Below are positions 8,807-15,480 of a DNA stretch of 64,000 nucleotides, in pieces. The notes beneath the pieces were generated by a model. That model did not search any database. It was not told where the DNA came from and saw only the letters and a program-made list of their open reading frames with translations. The first letter of the stretch is position 1. Each line of letters begins with the position of its first letter. Source of the DNA: Patescibacteria group bacterium (GTDB lineage: Bacteria; Patescibacteriota; Minisyncoccia; Minisyncoccales; UBA10102). The translations under genes were made by a program, and so were the position numbers. The stretch is from assembly GCA_038062375.1 (NCBI GenBank), contig JBBTXG010000005.1, positions 51,273 to 115,272 of the forward strand. The letters run 5' to 3'.

Positions 8807-9286
8807 TTATTGCTCCAGAGAAACAAGATGGAAATGGAGATATCCTATCGTTTGATATCTTGGTCCATTGGTGACGATCTTATATTTTTTGAGATTTTTT
8901 TCTTTGATAAGGGAAGACATAACCGCGTAAGCGTCGAGAAGATACTCGCCATCTTCATCTGATATCTCGCCCGCATTTGGAATATCTTTCTTGGGGATAA
9001 TCACAAAATGAACATCTGCTCTGGGAAAGGGGTGGCGTATCGCTATCGTTTTTTCGGTTTCTTTCACCACAAAGGGAATCAAGTTGGAAAATCTTTGGAT
9101 ACCCACGGATGCTGCCAATCCAGTTAGCTCTTGGGGCTCCAGACATGTATTTTTACACTCGTGAAACGCCAAGAAGGAACGCGTTCTTGTATCAGAAAAA
9201 AGGTATCCACCGAGCAAAATACCCACGAAGAAAATCGCGAGAAACAGGAAAATCGTTTTTGTTTTCAGAGAGAATATGGTTGCCAT
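8807..9286 (-). CDS. membrane-anchored HIT (histidine triad) family protein
   Basis: ATG MATIFSLK... inside ORF 8807..9355, which opens with TTG. N-terminal TM helix, then C-terminal GYLHFHLVS histidine triad. Confidence 0.7.
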   Translation of the reverse strand: MATIFSLKTKTIFLFLAIFFVGILLGGYLFSDTRTRSFLAFHECKNTCLEPQELTGLAASVGIQRFSNLIPFVVKETEKTIAIRHPFPRADVHFVIIPKKDIPNAGEISDEDGEYLLDAYAVMSSLIKEKNLKKYKIVTNGPRYQTIGYLHFHLVSLEQ

Positions 9287-9348
9287 TGTAAGATATTGGA
9301 CTACTGTTGATTGTAACAGATATCTCGTTGCCGTGGAATTTTGCATGG

Positions 9349-9378
9349 AATACAAAGGAGGCGCCTTTGCGCGCCTCC
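9349..9378 (-). terminator. intrinsic terminator
   Basis: Minus strand GGAGGCGC-gcaaag-GCGCCTCC followed by TTTGTATT. Confidence 0.7.
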
Positions 9379-9536
9379 CCCCTCACGTAGGGTCTACTTG
9401 GGTTTATTTCCGTCCATTCGATATGCCAGCTTCGTTCATGCTTTTAGGATTTCCGTGGTCCTCCTCAAAGATTACGAAGCCAGATTGTTAGAAAGGCTAT
9501 ATGTGCAAAGGCGACGAACCCTTGCGTAGCCTTTCT
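9349..9536 (-). ncRNA. unclassified structured RNA or 5' leader of the HIT gene (~188 nt)
   Basis: Bounded by a perfect-consensus promoter and an intrinsic terminator. Nested helices GAAAGGCUA/UAGCCUUUC and GCAAGGG/CCUUUGC. A 10-bp helix CUGGCUUCGU/ACGAAGCUGG has G-U pairs that work only on the minus strand. No ORF. Confidence 0.5.
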
Positions 9537-9542
9537 ATTCCT

Positions 9543-9571
9543 ATTATATCCCCTCCCATCGTACTTGTCAA
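9543..9571 (-). promoter_or_regulatory. consensus sigma70 promoter
   Basis: Minus strand TTGACA-17 nt-TATAAT, an exact consensus. Confidence 0.65.
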
Positions 9572-9686
9572 GCGCCACGCACAACCCTTGACGAGTTTTC
9601 TCCATCAAAGTTCAGGAAGGAAGTAGCTACTACGAAATTATGCATATGCATAAAATTGCAGTACCAGGAAGCGGTTCGTGGATTTT

Positions 9687-9852
9687 GATGGGGGGAGTTC
9701 CACAAAATTATTTCTCTCTTCGCTGGATTACATCAACGAGCTGCTCGAGAGCATTTCGATGGGGAGTTAGACCAAGTGGAACCAAATTTTTCTTTGCTCT
9801 TCTGATATACATTTGCGCGAGCGCAAGCGCTCTTTCTTTCGCATGTATTTTC
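9687..9852. repeat. left copy of the direct repeat (duplicated 3' end of the polyprenyl synthase gene)
   Basis: 9700..9840 matches 13278..13418 with 3 mismatches in 141 nt. Weaker similarity continues on both flanks. Confidence 0.9.
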
Positions 9853-9857
9853 CCCAT
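9708..9857 (-). pseudogene. orphaned 3' remnant of the polyprenyl synthase gene
   Basis: Minus strand reads ...AKERALALAQMYIRRAKKNLVPLGLTPHRNALEQLVDVIQRREK*. This is nearly identical to the C-terminus of CDS 13286..14296, and no upstream gene body is attached. Confidence 0.85.
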
Positions 9858-9900
9858 CGGTCTCTTTCTTGTTTTCTTGATTGCGTTGCCATGTTCCTCC

Positions 9901-10115
9901 TTACTTTATTTCTAGAACCCATTTGCGCTTCATCACGTAGTTCCATCCATCGTCTGGAGAGAATACCGTACGAAGGCTTCCTACCTCGTCAAAGGCAAGA
10001 AAGACATTTTTATTGGTATCGTAGAAACCGAAGCGATCAAGTTCCGTTGATCCCTCTAAATGTATCCAATGAGTCTGACAGCCCCACCCTCGGTCTTCAT
10101 GATCTGGAGAGCGCC
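9901..10115 (-). pseudogene. decayed orphan toxin C-terminal cassette
   Basis: 10059..10115 is 53/57 identical to 10894..10950 inside the toxin gene and encodes ALQIMKTEGGAVRLIGYI followed by TAG. A shifted frame then reads ...LDRFGFYDTNKNVFLAFDEVGSLRTVFSPDDGWNYVMKRKWVLEIK*, which parallels the resident toxin tail. There is no start codon. Confidence 0.65.
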
Positions 10116-10135
10116 TTGTGGGCTAGGCTTGTACA

Positions 10136-10176
10136 GAAGAAAACAAAACAAAAGGGCCAGCGCGTTTGCACTGGCC
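10136..10176 (-). terminator. intrinsic terminator of the toxin-immunity operon
   Basis: Minus strand GGCCAG-tgcaaacgcg-CTGGCC followed by CTTTTGTTTTGTTTTCTTC. Confidence 0.6.
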
Positions 10177-10205
10177 TTAAGGATTAGCTGGATATTATAT
10201 CAACG

Positions 10206-10529
10206 CTACTCCTTTTGGTAGTCTTTCAGTTGTACTCCGATTGTACGGAGCTGTTCTTCGAGGTTCCAATTTTCGGGTTTCAAATCGAACTTATCCAATT
10301 TAATTCCCTTTTGAACCCATTCATCTGCATGCCATGGAGTTCCTTCCTGGAGCCATCTACGACGATTTATTTCTGCGCTTTCTGGTGTACAATCCTGATA
10401 CCCAGACTCTGCACCACAGCAAGGACAAATCTCGTACTCAGGATATCCTGATTCATCGTAGAATGCGTCTGAATTGCGATACCCACAGACACGGCAGATA
10501 TACTTTTTTTTATTGTTCACATTCTCCAT
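10206..10529 (-). CDS. Cys-rich CPCC-type zinc-ribbon protein, candidate immunity protein
   Basis: 107 aa, starting 4 nt after the toxin stop codon. CRVCGY...EICPCCGAESGYQD arrangement (CxxC + CPCC). Confidence 0.6.
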   Translation of the reverse strand: MENVNNKKKYICRVCGYRNSDAFYDESGYPEYEICPCCGAESGYQDCTPESAEINRRRWLQEGTPWHADEWVQKGIKLDKFDLKPENWNLEEQLRTIGVQLKDYQKE

Positions 10530-10533
10530 ACTC

Positions 10534-12969
10534 CTATTGCCCTAAGAAGTAGTCGTAGTTCGTGGGATAGCCATGGATGGCAGGATCTGGCTTGTAGAAT
10601 GTTTTAATTCTTCCATCTGCTGCTTTTATTCCGAAGTGTTCCGTTACGGTGTCAAACCGAATGATATCTCCATTGGCACGCGTTTTGGTCAGAAGCGTAC
10701 CACCAGCAGAACGGTTCATGAACATCTTTCCAAGCCATTCATATTCAACCTCGCTTTGAACTCCCAACCTTGCTCCATGGTCTTTGAAATGCTGACTCAA
10801 CCGTATAGGATCAAAGCCCTTGTGGTGTATGTACTGTAACACCTCCTCGCCATGTTTGTCTACTATTGTGAGTATCTTCGTGCCGTACTTGGCAATGTAT
10901 CCAACGAGTCTGACTGCCCCGCCCTCGGTCTTCATGATCTGGAGAGCACCTGCCGCGGCCTTGATGACCCGAGGCGCACTCTTGAGGGTTCGGATCGAGA
11001 TTCCACCTATGCCGCCAGTGCAACTGGTTTCCAAGCAGCCCCAGATTGCTTCAAGGAATTCCTGTCTGAAGCGCTCTTCCTCGGTAAGACACTCATTCGG
11101 GCCGCAGGGTCGTATCTCTCCTCCTGCGAAGCGTGGCTGGAGAGCTCGGGCAAGGCGGATGTTGGCTGTGAGTGAGTTGAGCTTGGTTCTGGTGCTTGAG
11201 CCCACAAAGCCAGTTCCTTGGGTGAGACCAAGAGGAGTCAGGATTTCCATGGTATACTTCTCTTGGAATCGGATAACGGCATTTTCGGTCAAGGGGCCAA
11301 AGTAGTCGGTCTCCTGTCCTGGAGAGCCTGGTCCTTCGATTGCTACTGCGGTATCCAAGTAGGTATTGAGAACGATCTGGAGGCACCGCACATCCTCTCC
11401 GCCCATTTCTCGCTTGAGATCAGTGTGGAATACGCAGTCTTCCGCAAGTGCGTAGTTGGACCATTGCGTCTTTGCGACAAGAGCTTGTTGATCTATTGGC
11501 TTGGGAGAACGGATAGGGTTGAGCCCCAGCGCTTTTGCTTCTTCTTGGCTAAGGTTTGTTTCTCTGCCTGCTGGTCCGAGTTCCGGATGAGAACTTAAGC
11601 CTCCTTTGTGCAGAGCTTCTTGAATGGCAATGAGAGTTCCGTCTCGAAGGGGAGATTGTGCAGAACCAAGATCTGCGATGTTGAATCTTGCTATACTTTC
11701 TTCCGAAACTCCAAAGATCTTTGCCAGCTCTGATCGGTAAACGGCAAACCCGCTTTTGTTGAGCAGCCAGTTCGTGTAGCTTGAAATGGATTGATTGTTG
11801 ATTTGGCCTGTCCCATCGGTGTGTCCGAGAAATACCGTACCTCCTGGATTGACTTCTACTCCACCTCCGATGATGCCAAAGCTCCTGGCGAGACTCGAGG
11901 TTTCCGCCCGTGCGTCGGAAAAGGCGATACCTTCATTGAATTTCTTGTGTACCACTCCGTTCACGAAGATTTCGCTTCCAGCTCCGCCGCTCGCATACTC
12001 ATAGCGGAGAATCACCACGTGGGTTGCTTTGCGGACAATGTAGTCGAACTGCCTTCCGAGACGGATAAACGTTTTTGCATTGGGTCCGCTATCAGATTCC
12101 GAGAATATCGCGCAATCCGCAGGAATGTCAAACTCGAACTTCTTGGCTGGAATACCGCCGTACGCTGGATTGTAATGAACGATGCGCTCGGGCTTCCCAG
12201 GCCTACATCCCTGTTTTGCAGCTTCGAGAGCCTGCTGTTCCTCTATTGCTTTCTGGATTTCTTCAACCAGTACCCAGATTTCGTTGATCTGCCGTTGAAT
12301 CTCTTGCTCAACAGGTATGGGCGTAGCAGTTGGTGTCGGAGCAGGCGTAGGAGTAGGAGTCAGAGGCACTGGTGTTGAGGTTGGAGTCTGTTGGTCTGCT
12401 GCTCCATACACCATAACCTCTACCCATGGGTTTCCTGGTTCGTCTATCCCAGCATCAGAGTTGCCATTGCTCCATACTCTGATATATCGATGGGATTGGC
12501 TAGGAGAGAGGATGATCTCCTTTCCTTCCAAGAAAGACTCAAGTTCGAGAGCTTGAACTATGGATGTCCAGGTCACGTTGTCTGAAGAACCCTCTACCTG
12601 TACTTGATGTAAGATCCTTTTCTTCCCTTGTTGGTACAAAGGATAGAGAACTATCTTGCAAGCAAGGTATGCCTTTCCTAGATCAATGGTAAATGATTGT
12701 TTGCCTGTTCCTACAAGGGTGTACTCTCCGGAGTCTTTGGGGATGAGTCCATTGGTGAGAATGGAGATCTCATTCGCTTCAATCTTTGCCTGTGTGGAGA
12801 CTGGTGCGTCTTTTGCGATGTTGGGTGTGGCTCCATCTCCGCATTGTTCTCCCTGCGCTGTTCCTTGAGAGAGCACAAGGGAAATGGCAAGGAGGCTCGC
12901 AAGGATGAGTATGCTTCCCAAGAGGATACAAGGTTTGCCTGCTTGAATGATCCTGCTGATCAAATACAT
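10534..12969 (-). CDS. Sec-exported multidomain polymorphic-toxin-like protein (discoidin-like + PT linker + PG_binding_1-like + variable C-terminal module)
   Basis: ATG at 12969 preceded by AAAGGAGtgcacaaa; the track ORF opens 9 nt upstream at a GTG. N-terminal hydrophobic signal or anchor. F5/8-type-C-like segment (SFTIDLGKAYL...VEGSSDNVTWTSIV...HRYIRVW...VEVMVYG). Linker TPTSTPVPLTPTPTPAPTPTATP. PG-binding-like GEDVRCLQIVLN...YFGPLTENAVIRFQEKY. Junction AAGALQIMKTEGGAVRLVGYI, then a ~110-aa tail. Confidence 0.75.
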   Translation of the reverse strand: MYLISRIIQAGKPCILLGSILILASLLAISLVLSQGTAQGEQCGDGATPNIAKDAPVSTQAKIEANEISILTNGLIPKDSGEYTLVGTGKQSFTIDLGKAYLACKIVLYPLYQQGKKRILHQVQVEGSSDNVTWTSIVQALELESFLEGKEIILSPSQSHRYIRVWSNGNSDAGIDEPGNPWVEVMVYGAADQQTPTSTPVPLTPTPTPAPTPTATPIPVEQEIQRQINEIWVLVEEIQKAIEEQQALEAAKQGCRPGKPERIVHYNPAYGGIPAKKFEFDIPADCAIFSESDSGPNAKTFIRLGRQFDYIVRKATHVVILRYEYASGGAGSEIFVNGVVHKKFNEGIAFSDARAETSSLARSFGIIGGGVEVNPGGTVFLGHTDGTGQINNQSISSYTNWLLNKSGFAVYRSELAKIFGVSEESIARFNIADLGSAQSPLRDGTLIAIQEALHKGGLSSHPELGPAGRETNLSQEEAKALGLNPIRSPKPIDQQALVAKTQWSNYALAEDCVFHTDLKREMGGEDVRCLQIVLNTYLDTAVAIEGPGSPGQETDYFGPLTENAVIRFQEKYTMEILTPLGLTQGTGFVGSSTRTKLNSLTANIRLARALQPRFAGGEIRPCGPNECLTEEERFRQEFLEAIWGCLETSCTGGIGGISIRTLKSAPRVIKAAAGALQIMKTEGGAVRLVGYIAKYGTKILTIVDKHGEEVLQYIHHKGFDPIRLSQHFKDHGARLGVQSEVEYEWLGKMFMNRSAGGTLLTKTRANGDIIRFDTVTEHFGIKAADGRIKTFYKPDPAIHGYPTNYDYFLGQ

Positions 12970-13267
12970 TTTGTGCACTCCTTTTTCTGGTTTTCTGTAT
13001 GTTGTCTTGCTTGTCTGTATATTCCTGTTTGCCTACTTCCCTCTTGATTCTCTATTCTCTATTCTTTTAATCCCTTCGCGCTTCTTTCCTCCTTATTCGA
13101 GATTCAATGAACTTTCCAATAAACCTTCCTTTGTCAGAGAGTTCTGAAATACTTGAGACTTCGATTCTCCATCAATCCTCCTTTCAACTCTGTCAGGTTT
13201 TACTGCCATTAATACTAACTTCACCCTAGAATAGGGCAAGACTTTTATCAAGATACACCAACGCCAC

Positions 13268-13430
13268 GATGGAGTTTCCACAAAATTACTTCTCTCTTCG
13301 CTGGATTACATCGGCGAGCTGCTCGAGAGCATTTCGATGGGGAGTTAGACCAAGTGGAACCAAATTTTTCTTTGCTCTTCTGATATACATTTGCGCGAGC
13401 GCAAGCGCTCTTTCTTTCCCATGAGTTTTC
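13268..13430. repeat. right copy of the direct repeat (functional 3' end of the polyprenyl synthase gene)
   Basis: See the left copy. Offset between copies is 3578 nt. Confidence 0.9.
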
Positions 13431-14296
13431 TGTATATATGAGCTGACCCTTTTTACATCTGAATTTGTTATAACCCTCTTGGTCAAAATTCTTCTCACCT
13501 CCGTCCGTTTTTCAAAAGGTAATTCTTGGAGCGCAAAAAATATCAGAATGTTTCCGAGTTTCCGTTCGCGAATATCTTGTCCTAATGGCTTTCCAAACTC
13601 TTGAGTGCCATAGATATCTAAGATGTCGTCGGTAATCTGAAATGCAATCCCTACATTTCTGCCGTATTGCTTTAACGCCAAAATTTTTCGCCTTGGCGCT
13701 TTTGGCATCAAAGCTCCAATCTCACAGGAAGATTCAAACAAAAACGCGGTTTTCTTTTCTGCCATACCCAGATAGTCTTGCAGGGTTATTTTTCCAAAAC
13801 GATGAGTTGTTGCATATGGCTCATCAACTCTCCCGCTTTGTTCAAAAAGAATATCCAAAATTTCTCCCTCTACAATTTTCTTGATGGTCCTGGCAAAGAT
13901 TCTCGCAATGAGCTGCGGCTTGGAAGTTCTCGCTGCAGCTTCCAATAAAGAGGCTCCGTAATCCATTCCCACGCATTCTGCAAACGATCTTCCAAACTTT
14001 CGCCATGTGGTAAGCTTTCCCCTTCGCTTGTCGCTATGGTCAATGATGTCATCAATGATCAAACTATACGTATGGAGAATCTCCAAGCCCGCGGCGGCCT
14101 CCAGTACATCTTGAACTTTTCCTCCACACGCAAAACAACAAAGTATTGCCAGGCAAGGCCGCAGGCGCTTTCCTCCTGTCTCAATCTGATAGAAGAGAAG
14201 TTTCCTTGTTTTGTTCTCTGCTCCGAGCGCGAGGAGTTTCTTTATTACGGGATCAACTTTTCTTGCAATATGTTGAAAGTTCGCATCGAGATCCAT
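13286..14296 (-). CDS. polyprenyl (geranylgeranyl/farnesyl-type) diphosphate synthase
   Basis: ATG MDLDANFQ... lies 7 nt after the uppS stop; the longer track ORF overlaps uppS. Two Asp-rich motifs, IIDDIIDHSDKRRG and FQITDDILD. Confidence 0.9.
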   Translation of the reverse strand: MDLDANFQHIARKVDPVIKKLLALGAENKTRKLLFYQIETGGKRLRPCLAILCCFACGGKVQDVLEAAAGLEILHTYSLIIDDIIDHSDKRRGKLTTWRKFGRSFAECVGMDYGASLLEAAARTSKPQLIARIFARTIKKIVEGEILDILFEQSGRVDEPYATTHRFGKITLQDYLGMAEKKTAFLFESSCEIGALMPKAPRRKILALKQYGRNVGIAFQITDDILDIYGTQEFGKPLGQDIRERKLGNILIFFALQELPFEKRTEVRRILTKRVITNSDVKRVSSYIQKTHGKERALALAQMYIRRAKKNLVPLGLTPHRNALEQLADVIQRREK

Positions 14297-14303
14297 AAAA
14301 AAG

Positions 14304-15014
14304 CTATTTCCCAAATCTTCGGTGTCTGGCGGCATATACCTCCAGCGCATCGTCGAGATCCTGTTTGGTAAAATCAGGCCAATATTTCGAACAGAAGTAG
14401 AGTTCCGCGTATGCTGCCTGCCACAGTACAAAATTAGAAAATCGTTTTTCTCCCCCTGCGCGGATGACCAGATCCGGGTCTGGAAGGCCAACAGTTGAGA
14501 GATACTGACTGAAAACTTCCTCGGTGACTTGTTCGGGAGAGATTCCAGCTTTGATAATTTTTTGAACAGCCTGCACAATATCCCACCTTCCGCCGTAGCT
14601 TACGGCAAGGTTCAAAAAAAGATTTGTATTCTTTTCCGTTCTCTCTTCTACTTGATGAATTACTTTCTGAAGAGATTCCGGCAGCCGTTCTCTTTGACCG
14701 ACTACTCGAATTTTCACGCCGAGGCCGTGGAGTTCAGACTCTCTCTTCACAAAACCTTCTTGAAGACCTTTTTCGAGCAGCGCCATAAGATATGACACCT
14801 CTTCTTGAGGCCTCTTCCAATTTTCCGTGGAAAATCCAAAAGCGGTAACTATTTTGATTCCTCGTTCCCTACACCACTCGCAAAATTGAATCATCTTTGT
14901 ATGCCCTGCCTTATGCCCTTGGAAAGTATCAATTCCTTTTTCTTTTGCCCATCTCCGGTTTCCATCTGGGAATAATACGATGTGGTTTGGAATAAAAGAC
15001 GATAATTCAGTCAT
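14304..15014 (-). CDS. uppS: undecaprenyl (isoprenyl) diphosphate synthase
   Basis: 236 aa. HIVLFPDGNRRWAKEKG and RAGGEKRFSNFVLWQAAYAELYF. Confidence 0.95.
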   Translation of the reverse strand: MTELSSFIPNHIVLFPDGNRRWAKEKGIDTFQGHKAGHTKMIQFCEWCRERGIKIVTAFGFSTENWKRPQEEVSYLMALLEKGLQEGFVKRESELHGLGVKIRVVGQRERLPESLQKVIHQVEERTEKNTNLFLNLAVSYGGRWDIVQAVQKIIKAGISPEQVTEEVFSQYLSTVGLPDPDLVIRAGGEKRFSNFVLWQAAYAELYFCSKYWPDFTKQDLDDALEVYAARHRRFGK

Positions 15015-15139
15015 AGTTCTCGATTCCTATTTGGATTGGTTCTTTGAATTGTTCTCGCGCAGTAAGGTAACCTACAGCGAAAGAAAGCAAAGAAATCAAC
15101 AAAACGCCAATTGCAAGCATTATATCAGATTGATGACGC

Positions 15140-15168
15140 TTTACAAATTCGATAAGTTTTGCTAGCAT
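15140..15168 (+). promoter_or_regulatory. candidate sigma70 promoter giving a leaderless rpmA mRNA
   Basis: TTTACA-17 nt-TAGCAT, then 6 nt, then the ATG at 15175. No SD sequence. Confidence 0.4.
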
Positions 15169-15174
15169 CAAAGT

Positions 15175-15480
15175 ATGGCTACCAGTAAATCAGGAGGCTC
15201 CACGAGTCTAGGGAGAGACTCCCAACCAAAATATCTTGGACTAAAGCTTTCCCCCGGCCAAACTGCGAAAGTAGGTCAGATTTTAATTCGGCAAAGAGGA
15301 ACAAGGTTCGTACCGGGGAAAAATGTCGCTATGGGAGGAGATAATACGCTCTATGCGCTCAAAGAAGGAGTTGTCCGCATCACCAAAAGAAGAAAAACGG
15401 GATTTAATCGCGTCCAAAGAACCATAGGACTTATCCATATACTTGACGAAAACAAAATCTCTATTTCAAGCAAGCCGTAA
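15175..15480 (+). CDS. rpmA: 50S ribosomal protein L27
   Basis: MATSKSGGSTSLGRDSQPKYLGLK...IRQRGTRFVPGKNVAMGGDNTLYA. Confidence 0.95.
   Translation: MATSKSGGSTSLGRDSQPKYLGLKLSPGQTAKVGQILIRQRGTRFVPGKNVAMGGDNTLYALKEGVVRITKRRKTGFNRVQRTIGLIHILDENKISISSKP

Noticed and set aside
12317-12556. Plus-strand ORF encoding a GVGAGVGVGV repeat
   Set aside because: It is the antisense reading of the Pro/Thr linker of the toxin gene.
13286-14578. 430-aa version of the polyprenyl synthase ORF
   Set aside because: The N-terminal 94 residues overlap uppS out of frame and look non-protein-like. The ATG at 14296 lies 7 nt after the uppS stop codon and gives a normal-length synthase.
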